In this document: piece after piece, positions 29,389 to 38,429 of the stretch
Layout of the letters: every line of letters starts with the position of its first letter
Position numbering within the stretch: the first letter of the stretch is position 1
Assembly: GCA_964572155.1 (NCBI GenBank)
Contig: CAZNDZ010000001.1
Span: forward strand, 718,290-782,289
Origin: an uncultured Planctomycetales bacterium
Lineage (GTDB): Bacteria; Omnitrophota; Gorgyraeia; Zapsychrales; Fredricksoniimonadaceae
Reading direction: 5' to 3'
Length of the DNA: 64,000 nt
The notes under the pieces: model-generated
Told to the model about the DNA's origin: nothing
The model's input: the letters and a program-made list of their open reading frames with translations, nothing else
The model's database searches: none
Translations under genes and position numbers: made by a program

Positions 29389-30073
29389 AATCCATTCGTT
29401 CTCGACTTTAGCGCAAAATGTGCATTTTGATGATGTTTTGTTCCAGTTAGCTGTTAAACATGGTGCTGGAGAATATTTGCGCTTTTGGGAATCGCCAACC
29501 TATGGCGTTGTGCTTGGCCGCATTGGTAAAGTTGAAGATGATGTTGATTTAAGCGCAACCACTAAAGATAGCATTCCTGTTATACACCGCGCCTCAGGCG
29601 GCGGCACCGTCGTGCAAGGCCCAGGGTGTTTGAATTATTGCCTTATCCTTTCTAAACAAAAATACCCTGTTTTAAACGACTTACGTCAATCTTACCAGTG
29701 GATTAGTGAAAAAGTTTTGGGTGCGCTTAAACAACAAGGCATAGAAGCCGTGTTTTGCCCAATTTCTGATCTAGCGCTAGTATCCAATCAAAAGAAGTTT
29801 TCTGGCAATGCCCAACGCCGCACCAAAGATTATGTCTTACACCACGGCACAATTCTGTATCAATTTGATCTTAATATGATTTTTAAATACCTAAAAATGC
29901 CCAAAGATATGCCAGAATATCGTAACGCACGTGATCATAAGGACTTTGTCACCAATATATATATAATTGTACCCGCCTTCCAACAAGCATTAGCTGAAGC
30001 TTTTGGTGCCCCCCAAGTTGCGCAACCACTTACATCGCAAGAGATTTCATCTTTAGAAAAATATAATATTTGA
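29378..30073 (+). CDS. Lipoate-protein ligase A family protein
   Basis: LRFWE, RASGGGTV, KKFSGNAQRR, HHGT, YR..R.H.DFVTN; probable ATG at 29378 overlapping the end of gcvPB. Confidence 0.88.
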   Translation: MQLKIHSFSTLAQNVHFDDVLFQLAVKHGAGEYLRFWESPTYGVVLGRIGKVEDDVDLSATTKDSIPVIHRASGGGTVVQGPGCLNYCLILSKQKYPVLNDLRQSYQWISEKVLGALKQQGIEAVFCPISDLALVSNQKKFSGNAQRRTKDYVLHHGTILYQFDLNMIFKYLKMPKDMPEYRNARDHKDFVTNIYIIVPAFQQALAEAFGAPQVAQPLTSQEISSLEKYNI

Positions 30074-30110
30074 TTTTATTATTTTGATTTTTTCTGGTAA
30101 CATGATTTTT

Positions 30111-31328
30111 ATGTTGGTCAGATTAATCTTACTTTTATTGTTTTTTTCTATGACGCCCCAAGTATTTGCAAAAAATACCCCCAAAGATTATCAAGAATAC
30201 GTTAAATATTTCGAAAAAGTCTATCAAATCTTTGAAGATAATTATTATCAGGAACCAAACCCTAAGGCGTATAACGATTTTTTAGAAAAGTTCCGCACCA
30301 AGATATATGCGCAGCTCAAAGGGGAAGGTAAGAGCAATGATTATGTCAAATGGCGTTCTGCGTGGTTCTTAGTTGAAGATTTAAAAACCAATGAAGATCG
30401 TTTTTCCCAATTTTATCCTCCAAAGCCCGCAGAAAAGTTTCAGAAAGAGGCCTTGGGCCAGCGTGTGGACTTAGGGATTGAAGGTAAGAAGGTGGATGCA
30501 GGTTTCTTGGTGACCCAAATAGAACCACGGTCTGATGCATATGAAAAGGGTATGCGTGAAGATGATATTTTAGTTCAATTAGACCAAAAGAATTTAAAAG
30601 ATTTGCCTCAAGAAGAAATAGAAAAAGAATTATCTCCTTTGATCAATTCCAAAGTTAAGATTACGTATTTAACTGCAGCAGATAAACAAGCCAAGGACAT
30701 AGAGGTTGTTAGCAAAGAATATTTTAAACAAACTATTTTTCTAAGACCCGTTGAAGTACCAGGTGTTTTTTGTTTAGAAATTCCTAAATTCAATCGTACG
30801 TCTGGTGAAGATTTATATCGCTTCTTAAAACTCATTTCACAATATCAACCACGGGGTTTAGTGATAGATCTACGAGGTAATCCTGGAGGGCCACCATTAG
30901 CTGCGCGTGAAATGGCAGGGTTCTTCTTAAAAGGTGGCGAAGAATTTACACATTTTCAAAAACGTGGCATTCCGCCGGATGCGTTAGATGTTCCCGTTTA
31001 TGATGATGCGGTTAAATTTAATGCACCCATTGCTATTTTAGTCAATAAGGATAGTGGCAGTGCATCAGAATTATTTTCAGGTGTGATGCAATTTCGCAAA
31101 CGTGCGATTGTGATCGGAGAAAATACTGCCGGTCAAATGTTATTAAAGAGCATGTTCCCTATGGATGATGGTTCGATGATTGGTCTTGTCACGGCACCAG
31201 GGTATTTACCCGACGGAACACGCTTTAGTTTTAACGGTGTCACCCCAGATCAAGTGATCACAGATGCACCCAAAGAAGGTTTGATCAATTTAGCGGCAAC
31301 CATTTTAGTATTAAAAGGGAATAAGTAA
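30111..31328 (+). CDS. S41 family (C-terminal processing) peptidase with PDZ domain
   Basis: Signal peptide (…QVFA); PDZ (LGIE…SDAYEKGMREDD); DLRGNPGG; SASELFSG. Start is uncertain (30084, 30102 or 30111). Confidence 0.85.
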   Translation: MLVRLILLLLFFSMTPQVFAKNTPKDYQEYVKYFEKVYQIFEDNYYQEPNPKAYNDFLEKFRTKIYAQLKGEGKSNDYVKWRSAWFLVEDLKTNEDRFSQFYPPKPAEKFQKEALGQRVDLGIEGKKVDAGFLVTQIEPRSDAYEKGMREDDILVQLDQKNLKDLPQEEIEKELSPLINSKVKITYLTAADKQAKDIEVVSKEYFKQTIFLRPVEVPGVFCLEIPKFNRTSGEDLYRFLKLISQYQPRGLVIDLRGNPGGPPLAAREMAGFFLKGGEEFTHFQKRGIPPDALDVPVYDDAVKFNAPIAILVNKDSGSASELFSGVMQFRKRAIVIGENTAGQMLLKSMFPMDDGSMIGLVTAPGYLPDGTRFSFNGVTPDQVITDAPKEGLINLAATILVLKGNK

Positions 31329-31331
31329 TCT

Positions 31332-31673
31332 ATGGGATTTGTCATCATCTTCATTGTGGTGCAGGTCATTGTTGCGGGCATCGTTGTTGTAGTTTTAAAC
31401 AATAAGCTTAAGAAAGAATTAATCGAAGCTGCATTAGAAAATCTGCATAGCAATATCACGTCGCAAACACAGGGAGAAATTCGGATCATCAGCGCGCATG
31501 AACTTGATCCACAATTGCAAGCACGCATTATTGGTATTGTAAAACGCAAAACATCTGCAGCGACGGTTGTTTTTTCTTTAGATCAGGGTATCAAAAGTGG
31601 CTTGATCATTCATGCAGATACGTTGGTGTTAGATTTTAGTTTGGCAAATCGTTTGAAAGCGTTAACGACATGA
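31332..31673 (+). CDS. Small membrane-anchored protein resembling the ATP synthase delta (OSCP) C-terminal domain
   Basis: N-terminal TM, then IISAHEL…DQGIKSGLII.AD..VLDFSLANRL, which resembles the AtpH C-terminal pattern. Confidence 0.55.
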   Translation: MGFVIIFIVVQVIVAGIVVVVLNNKLKKELIEAALENLHSNITSQTQGEIRIISAHELDPQLQARIIGIVKRKTSAATVVFSLDQGIKSGLIIHADTLVLDFSLANRLKALTT

Positions 31674-32386
31674 CAAAAATTTTGATCATTGTGCCTGCAT
31701 ATAATGAAGCAGGCAATGTGGGCAATGCGATTGACCAGATCCGCAAATCTTCTATTGCATGTGATGTTTTAGTCGTCGATGATGGCTCGATAGATACAAC
31801 AGCGCAAGAAGCTAAAGATCATGGGGCGATTGTATTAAGCCTTCCATTTAACTTAGGTATCGGTGGTGCGGTTCAAACTGGTTTTAAATATGCCCGCGCC
31901 CATGGCTATGATATTGCTGTTCAGATCGACGGAGATGGTCAACATGACCCTGCATATTTAGCAGCTTTGATCTTACCGATTGAAGAACATAAGGCAGACC
32001 TAGTCATAGGTAGTCGATTTTTAGTGCCTTCAGATGGATTTAAATCGACTTTTACGCGCCGCGTCGGGATTTCATTCTTTGTGTATTTGATCAATGTATT
32101 AACGGGTACGCGCATCACTGATCCCACGTCGGGATTCAGAGCACAAAACAAGAAAATGATCGATGCCTTCGCAACATATTATCCACATGATTTTCCAGAA
32201 CCTGAAGCAGTGGTCGTTGCACAACGTGCGCATGCGGTGATTCAAGAGATCCCAGTTGTGATGCGTGCGCGCCAAGGAGGCAGTAGTTCCATTGGAAGTT
32301 TGAAAAGTGTTTACTATATGTTAAAAGTCACGGTGGCAATTTTATTACACATGATTCGTCGACGTGATAATGCGGGGCAAATATGA
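31670..32386 (+). CDS. GT2 glycosyltransferase, DPM1-like (polyprenol-phosphate sugar synthase type)
   Basis: PAYNE, VVDDGSID, NLGIGGAVQTG, DGDGQH, GSRF, DPTSGFRA. Confidence 0.9.
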   Translation: MTKILIIVPAYNEAGNVGNAIDQIRKSSIACDVLVVDDGSIDTTAQEAKDHGAIVLSLPFNLGIGGAVQTGFKYARAHGYDIAVQIDGDGQHDPAYLAALILPIEEHKADLVIGSRFLVPSDGFKSTFTRRVGISFFVYLINVLTGTRITDPTSGFRAQNKKMIDAFATYYPHDFPEPEAVVVAQRAHAVIQEIPVVMRARQGGSSSIGSLKSVYYMLKVTVAILLHMIRRRDNAGQI

Positions 32387-32736
32387 GCATAAAACTCTTA
32401 GCGATTGCTATCTCATCTATTTTATTTTTATATGTATTGGATCTAGTCCGTCGACATAAGTTAACTTTTAAATATGCATTAGCATGGTTATTTGTTTCTG
32501 CAGCAGCAGTGGTGTTGGCCATCTTTCATAAATTTCTTTTTGCCGTCGCAGCATATTTAGGTTTTGAATTGCCCAGTAATTTTATTTTCTTCACGCTGAT
32601 GTGTGTGTTTGTTATTTTAAGTTTATTGCTGACTGTTTTTTTGTGTCAGCAGAATGAACGTAATAATTGCATGGCCCAAAAGATCGCCATCTTAGAATCT
32701 GAAATAGCGGATATTAAAAAGAAAAAATCACCGTGA
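32383..32736 (+). CDS. DUF2304-like membrane protein
   Basis: Three TMs, L..KYALAW, LGFELPSN, C-terminal AQKIAILE; the usual partner of DPM1-like GT2 genes. Confidence 0.75.
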   Translation: MSIKLLAIAISSILFLYVLDLVRRHKLTFKYALAWLFVSAAAVVLAIFHKFLFAVAAYLGFELPSNFIFFTLMCVFVILSLLLTVFLCQQNERNNCMAQKIAILESEIADIKKKKSP

Positions 32737-33719
32737 TCGCAAGTGTTATCATCCCTGCATACAATGCCTCAGCCACCATTGATCAAACTTTACGTGCGCT
32801 AGGTGCCCAAGATTTTAAACAGCCTTTTGAAGTTATTGTTGTCAATGATGGTTCAACAGATCAAACAGCCCGCATTATCGCAAAACATCCTCACGTTACA
32901 TTGATCAACCAGAAAAACGCCGGGCCCGCATGTGCGCGTAATACAGGGGCAAGTCACGCTAAAGGCGAGTTTCTATGCTTTACGGACTCAGATTGTATCC
33001 CACATCCGGATTGGATATCGTTGCTCATCAATGGTTTTCGTGATGAATCTGTTGCTGCTGTCTGTGGCAGCTATGGTATTGCCAATAACAATAGCCTTTT
33101 AGCCCGTGGTATTCACGCAGAAATCATCTACCGACATAGCCATTTAGTGCCAGATTTTCCTAAAGTCTTTGGCAGTTATAACTTTTGTATCAGAAAGTCG
33201 GTTTTCGATCATTTGGGTGGTTTTGATACAAAGTACCGGAATGCCAGTGGGGAAGATAACGATTTAAGCTATCGCGTGAACCGCTTGGATAAGAAAATCT
33301 ACTTTGAACGCAAAGCCTTGGTAGATCACTATCATACAACGCAGGTTGTTAAATACCTTAAAGAGCAGTTTCGTCATGGCTTTTGGCGCACCGCCATGTA
33401 TGCCGATCATCCGCAAATGGTTAAGGGAGATAGTTATACGTTTTGGAAAGACATGGTGGAGGTGCCCATTAGCGCATTAGTTGTGTTGTGTTTAATGTTA
33501 GTCATTGTTGGCTTCATGACAATAAATTCTTTTATATATTTTTTAATCTTTCCGTTTTTGATTTTCGAAATAATATTTTCATTGATCATGATGAAAAATA
33601 AATTCGAAAGTTTTTATTACGGTTTTATTATTTTTTTTCGCGCCTTCGCGCGCACTTTTGGTTTGTCGACGGGGATTTTATATTTTTTCTGTACAAAAAT
33701 AAAAAAAAATTTTAAATAA
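32733..33719 (+). CDS. GT2 glycosyltransferase with C-terminal TM helices
   Basis: SVIIPAYN, VNDGSTD, GPACARN, FTDSD, GGFD, GEDNDL. Confidence 0.9.
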   Translation: MIASVIIPAYNASATIDQTLRALGAQDFKQPFEVIVVNDGSTDQTARIIAKHPHVTLINQKNAGPACARNTGASHAKGEFLCFTDSDCIPHPDWISLLINGFRDESVAAVCGSYGIANNNSLLARGIHAEIIYRHSHLVPDFPKVFGSYNFCIRKSVFDHLGGFDTKYRNASGEDNDLSYRVNRLDKKIYFERKALVDHYHTTQVVKYLKEQFRHGFWRTAMYADHPQMVKGDSYTFWKDMVEVPISALVVLCLMLVIVGFMTINSFIYFLIFPFLIFEIIFSLIMMKNKFESFYYGFIIFFRAFARTFGLSTGILYFFCTKIKKNFK

Positions 33720-33722
33720 AGG

Positions 33723-33750
33723 TTGAAACACCTTTCATAAATGATATTAT
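33723..33750 (+). promoter_or_regulatory. Putative promoter of the secretin/giant-protein operon
   Basis: TTGAAA (33723-28), 16 nt, TATTAT (33745-50) with an extended TG, in an AT-rich intergenic gap. Confidence 0.45.
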
Positions 33751-33802
33751 GAGAATGTTATTTTAATTAAATTGTAACGAATTGTGTTTAATGAGGTTAA
33801 CT

Positions 33803-34399
33803 ATGGCCAAAGAATCCGCAGAAGAAAAGTTGCTAAAGATGATGCAGAAGTCAGGTGCTCCTGTTGCCGCTTCAACTGCGTCACCTGTTGCGGCAGCAAA
33901 AAAATCTGGGCCAAAGTTTGATTTCAATTTTACAATCGGACACTTAAATCAAATTTTATTTATTGGTATTGTTGCATGCATCATTGGTTTAGTTTATGAA
34001 ATGCGTAGTGGCATGCAATTGATTGGTACCAATGTTGATTTAGAGGGTGATGTTAAATTGTCTCGTTCTGTTATGGATATCGCAATGCCCACCAATAACG
34101 ATGTTAAGTTTTATACCGATAAAATTAATACCAGAAATATCTTTCGTCCTTACGAAGCGCCGACGGCTAAAGCGGCGGTTAAGTATAACTTAGCCAAGCG
34201 TTTGTCAAAATTCAAATTGGTTGGTGTAGCATGGCTTGATCTTCCAGAAACAGCGTCGATCATGATCGAAGATACAGCAAATAAAACAACGTTTTTCTTG
34301 AAACAAGGTGAACAATTAGAAGGCGTGACCGTCAAGACCATCTATACGGATAGAGTGGTTTTCGGTGACGAAAATGAGGAGACGACAATTAAGCTATGA
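33803..34399 (+). CDS. GspC/PilP-like (HR-domain) inner-membrane secretion accessory protein
   Basis: One TM; RNIF.P; C-terminal KLVGV…IMIED…FFLKQGEQLEGVTVKTIYTDRVV, typical of the GspC HR/PilP fold. ATG 33803 follows GAGG and the gene lies directly upstream of a secretin. Confidence 0.7.
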   Translation: MAKESAEEKLLKMMQKSGAPVAASTASPVAAAKKSGPKFDFNFTIGHLNQILFIGIVACIIGLVYEMRSGMQLIGTNVDLEGDVKLSRSVMDIAMPTNNDVKFYTDKINTRNIFRPYEAPTAKAAVKYNLAKRLSKFKLVGVAWLDLPETASIMIEDTANKTTFFLKQGEQLEGVTVKTIYTDRVVFGDENEETTIKL

Positions 34400-36036
34400 T
34401 TACCCACATCCTAAAACCCAAAGTCTTCTTTTTCATTCTGGCAGGGATGGTTTTGTCCGCGGTTGCCTTGGGCACCGTACGCGCTCAGAATGAACAAGAA
34501 TCAGTCGCCATCGCTGCCGATGATAATGCCGGCGCCGAGCTTCCAAAGCCAATCATTTTAACGGAACCCAAAGAACCGTTAGCCGAGCGTTTATTGCGCA
34601 AAATCACGCTTGATGTGCGCGACATGAATGTCGTCGATGTTATCAAGTTCTTGGCGCAAAAAGGGGAATTCAATGTGATTGTTTCCCCAACCGTTGATGG
34701 CCGCACCACGGTTTTATTACATGGCGTAGGCATCAAAGATGCGCTTGATATCGTTGTTATTTCCAATCGTTTGGCATATCACATTGAAAATGACATCATC
34801 CAAATTATGTCTGGTGCAGAATATGAAGCGATGTATGGTAAAGGGTTTGGCGATAAAACCGAAGTTGCGATCATTCACTTACAATATTCCAAACCAAGCT
34901 ATGTTTTAGCTGCGTTAGATAACATGAAAAGTAATATCGGTAAAATCATCATTGATGAAGATACCGGTTCTGTTGTTTTAGTAGATACGCCTTCTTCTAT
35001 AGCATTAATGAAGAAAGCTATTAGCCAAATCGAACAACCACTTGATACATTAGTTTACGATTTAAAATATGCTAAGGCAGATGTTGTTGCTGAAAAATTA
35101 CGTTCCCGTATTGATGCTAAAGCAGTTGGTTCAGTTACATCCGACGAGAGAACCAATCAAGTCTTAGTGCGCGTTTTTCCTGGACGTACAGATGAAGTTA
35201 AAAAATTAATCGATCAGCTAGATGAGCCTACCAAGGAAGTCTTGATTGAAGCGCGTGTTTTGCAAGTCATCTTGAAACCAAATTTTGATACTGGGATTGA
35301 TTGGACTGCGATCTTTAGCAAGAATGGAAAAGAAAAATTCAACATCAAGAGTATTTTAGAAAATTCAAATACTGATTCATCATTTGGTCAAATTGGTGTT
35401 GGCACAATTAATGCTGGAGATTTTGCAACTCAAATTAAGGCGTTGCAACAAGTCAGTGATACAAAAATCTTATCAACGCCTCAAATTTTAGTTACTAATA
35501 ATGATGAAGCCAATATCCATATTGGTGATACTGTTCCCTATATAGTATCAACAACCAATGGTACAGGTGACAATGCTATTAAAAGTGAAGACGTTCGTTT
35601 CATTGATGTAGGTTTGAAATTAAAAGTTATTCCTACCATCAATGACGATGGCATGGTGACCATGCGTCTAAAACCAGAAATCTCGTCGGTAGTTGCACGT
35701 GTTAGTTCGCAATCTGGCGGTATCCCACAAGTAAATAAAACAGAAGTTGAAACATCCGTTATGGTGCAAGATGGCATGACCATTGTCATGGCTGGTTTAC
35801 GCAAAGAAGATAAAACCCATACCAAAAAAGGTGTACCAGGCCTCATGAATGTTCCTTATTTAGGGAATTTATTTGGCAGCACGTCAGATTCAATCACCTC
35901 AACTGAAATTGTTATCTTAATTACGCCTCATATTGTCAAGGGAACGGATGATTTCAATAAGGTTAATGGCACTATTAAACCATCAAAGAAATACGATCCA
36001 AGTGTTCAAATGAAAGAACCGGCCGCGAAAAAATAA
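34396..36036 (+). CDS. Outer-membrane secretin (GspD/PilQ family)
   Basis: Signal peptide; STN-like ITLDVRDMNVVDVIKFLA; two N3-like domains (LQYSK…DEDTGSVV, LKYAKA…DERTNQVLV); secretin core VLIEARV, ILSTPQILV.NN.EA.I.IG..VPY, DVGLKLKV.P.I, GVPGLMNVPYLGNLF, EIVILITPHIV. Confidence 0.93.
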   Translation: MITHILKPKVFFFILAGMVLSAVALGTVRAQNEQESVAIAADDNAGAELPKPIILTEPKEPLAERLLRKITLDVRDMNVVDVIKFLAQKGEFNVIVSPTVDGRTTVLLHGVGIKDALDIVVISNRLAYHIENDIIQIMSGAEYEAMYGKGFGDKTEVAIIHLQYSKPSYVLAALDNMKSNIGKIIIDEDTGSVVLVDTPSSIALMKKAISQIEQPLDTLVYDLKYAKADVVAEKLRSRIDAKAVGSVTSDERTNQVLVRVFPGRTDEVKKLIDQLDEPTKEVLIEARVLQVILKPNFDTGIDWTAIFSKNGKEKFNIKSILENSNTDSSFGQIGVGTINAGDFATQIKALQQVSDTKILSTPQILVTNNDEANIHIGDTVPYIVSTTNGTGDNAIKSEDVRFIDVGLKLKVIPTINDDGMVTMRLKPEISSVVARVSSQSGGIPQVNKTEVETSVMVQDGMTIVMAGLRKEDKTHTKKGVPGLMNVPYLGNLFGSTSDSITSTEIVILITPHIVKGTDDFNKVNGTIKPSKKYDPSVQMKEPAAKK

Positions 36037-36060
36037 CGGCCTCAACGTATGGAGAAAAGT

Positions 36061-36837
36061 ATGGGCAAAAAAATAATGATTAATTTAACAAGTATGCTTC
36101 GCATGACCGTGCTCATGTTTGCGGTTTTTGCCTTATCGGCAAACGCTTCCGTGAATGCGGAAGACTTGCCAGATACCATGCCTCCATCGGAAGCGGAAGC
36201 GGCTGATCCTGCGGTTCAAGCAGCTCAAGAACGTGAACAATTTATTAAAGAAATCCGTCGTGTTGAGAATTTAAATCGTAAGTACACCGATCAAATCGAT
36301 GAGATCAAGGGCTTGCTCGCAGAAAAAGATGCAGATTTTCAAAAGCGCATGAAAGAATTGGAAGACAAAATGGCTTCCCAACAAAATGATGAAGGTAAAA
36401 AGAGTGTTGCTAAAGAACAAGAAACACAAATGTCTAAAGAATTAGAAAACAAAACTAATGAAATGTTGTCTAAGGGTGGTGATTTAGATCCAGAAGATCA
36501 ACAATTCAAAGAAGAATTAGCCAAAGCACATTACAACATGGGTAATATTTACTTTGAACGCGGTGAATATCAACGTGCTGTCGTCGAATATTACCAAGCA
36601 GTTGATTTAGTTCCTAATGATGCAGATACACATTACAATTTAGCTTTTATCAGTGGTGAATATTTAGGAGATCAAGAAACAGCGTTGAAGCATTATCAAT
36701 GGTACTTATATCTCAAACCAAACGCTGATGATAAAGATGCTATCAACGAAAAAGTTTTACAAGCAAAGATTCACTTAAGAGCAAAGATTGATTCACCGTT
36801 AGATAAAGATAATGGCAATTATAATTTGACCCGTTAA
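36061..36837 (+). CDS. Exported coiled-coil + TPR protein
   Basis: Signal-like N-terminus, charged coiled coil, TPRs (AHYNMGNIYFERGEYQRAVVEYYQAVDLVPNDADTHYNLA). Start 36061 follows GGAG (alternative 36049). Confidence 0.8.
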   Translation: MGKKIMINLTSMLRMTVLMFAVFALSANASVNAEDLPDTMPPSEAEAADPAVQAAQEREQFIKEIRRVENLNRKYTDQIDEIKGLLAEKDADFQKRMKELEDKMASQQNDEGKKSVAKEQETQMSKELENKTNEMLSKGGDLDPEDQQFKEELAKAHYNMGNIYFERGEYQRAVVEYYQAVDLVPNDADTHYNLAFISGEYLGDQETALKHYQWYLYLKPNADDKDAINEKVLQAKIHLRAKIDSPLDKDNGNYNLTR

Positions 36838-38429
36838 TGAGAATTTTGATGCAAAAAATGTCTTATTCTATGCAAAAATTAATATTAACTGGTTTGTTGG
36901 TTTGCGGATTTATTCCGACGGCAATGGCCAATAATTTGACTGTCTCCAATGTGGCCTTAGGTTCACGTGACCCAGGCACCAAAACATTGGTGATTAATTT
37001 CAATGTGGCATGGGAAAATTCATGGCGCAATAAAATTAACCACGATGCTATTTGGTTGACTCTGCGCCTCAACAGCTCGACAACTTCTCCAGTATATAAG
37101 AAGCTTTGCCAAGTTTCAGCTAGTGGCATCAATCCAGAAGGTTCTTCTATTAGCAATAACAACAGCCTGGAATTATACGTCCCCGAAGATAGAAAAGGTT
37201 TATTCTTACGTCGAAATGCCTATAGCAACATTGGCAATATTGCTACCACCAATGTTTCTGTCACGGTTAAATATGATTCTTGCGGTTTTACTGATAGCGA
37301 TAAAGTTAACGCAAGTGTTTTAGGTTTAGAAATGGTCTTAGTTCCACAAGGATCATTCTTTGCAGGTGATAATGATACAAGCACTGCTTCATTAGATCGT
37401 GGAACTGGTGATGCGCGTCCTTGGTCTATTAATAGTGAAAATCAAATTAGCGTTAGCAATGCAGGTGCCAATGGATACCGTTATGTTTCAAATAATAATG
37501 CTGGTGAATATGCAACGGGAACAACATTCAATGTTCCTGCCACATATCCAAAAGGTTACAAAGCGTTTTACGCGATGAAATATGAAATCACCGAAGGTCA
37601 ATGGGTTGAATTTGTTAATTCGTTAGCGACAGATGCAATGCGCATTAATCATGATATCACTGACAATAATCATAAAAATACAGACAGTGTTGTCAATCGT
37701 AATACGATCGCATGTTCTGGTTCACCGTTAACATGTTCAACAACACGTGCAGAACGTGCTGTAACATTTTTATCTTGGTCAGATGTAGCGGCCTTCTTGG
37801 ATTGGGCTGCGTTGCGTCCAATAACAGAATTAGAATTTGAAAAAGTCGCACGTGGTCCAGTGCTTCCATTAAATGGTGAATATGCATGGGGTTCAGCCAA
37901 TATTAGTGCAGCAACAACAATCAGCGGCAATGAAGATGGTACAGAGACCATCACCAATGGTGGTAATGCCAATGTTGGATTATCAACATTATCAGGCGGC
38001 GATGCCAATGATGGCGTAGATTATCAAACAGGCGCGTTACGCACTGGTATATTTGCGACGGAGAATTCAACACGTGAAAGCTCAGGTGCAAGCTACTACG
38101 GTGCGATGGAAATTTCAGGTAACGTAAAAGAATATGTTGTCACCGTCGGAAATGCTGCGGGTTTAAGTTTCACTGGCGTACATGGCGATGGGTATTTAAC
38201 ATCAACATCAGGTTATGAAGGCAATGCCGATGTAAATGCTTGGCCAGGGTTAGATGCTGTTGCAGCGCGAGGTGTCACAGGTGCAAATGGTTCTGGTTTA
38301 CGTGGTGGATCATGGGCAGATAATGTACAAGCATTGCGTGTTTCAGATCGTTCTCAAGCAGCGTTAACGGTTCATACAGCAAGTAATGATGCCGGTGGCC
38401 GCGGGGCAAGGACATATGATGGTAACTAA
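36837..38429 (+). CDS. Exported FGE-sulfatase (SUMF1)/C-type-lectin-fold domain protein, paralogue 1
   Basis: Signal peptide (…TAMA/NNL); N-terminal WENSWR…DAIW domain; EMVLVPQGSF.AG, MKYEITEGQW..F.N, LRPITELEFEK.ARG, YYGAMEISGNVKE, RGGSW. Confidence 0.8.
   Translation: MRILMQKMSYSMQKLILTGLLVCGFIPTAMANNLTVSNVALGSRDPGTKTLVINFNVAWENSWRNKINHDAIWLTLRLNSSTTSPVYKKLCQVSASGINPEGSSISNNNSLELYVPEDRKGLFLRRNAYSNIGNIATTNVSVTVKYDSCGFTDSDKVNASVLGLEMVLVPQGSFFAGDNDTSTASLDRGTGDARPWSINSENQISVSNAGANGYRYVSNNNAGEYATGTTFNVPATYPKGYKAFYAMKYEITEGQWVEFVNSLATDAMRINHDITDNNHKNTDSVVNRNTIACSGSPLTCSTTRAERAVTFLSWSDVAAFLDWAALRPITELEFEKVARGPVLPLNGEYAWGSANISAATTISGNEDGTETITNGGNANVGLSTLSGGDANDGVDYQTGALRTGIFATENSTRESSGASYYGAMEISGNVKEYVVTVGNAAGLSFTGVHGDGYLTSTSGYEGNADVNAWPGLDAVAARGVTGANGSGLRGGSWADNVQALRVSDRSQAALTVHTASNDAGGRGARTYDGN

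Noticed and set aside
36021-36041. GGCCG…CGGCC hairpin across the secretin stop codon as a terminator
   Set aside because: Only a 5-bp stem with a long loop and no U-tract; the next gene starts within ~25 bp.
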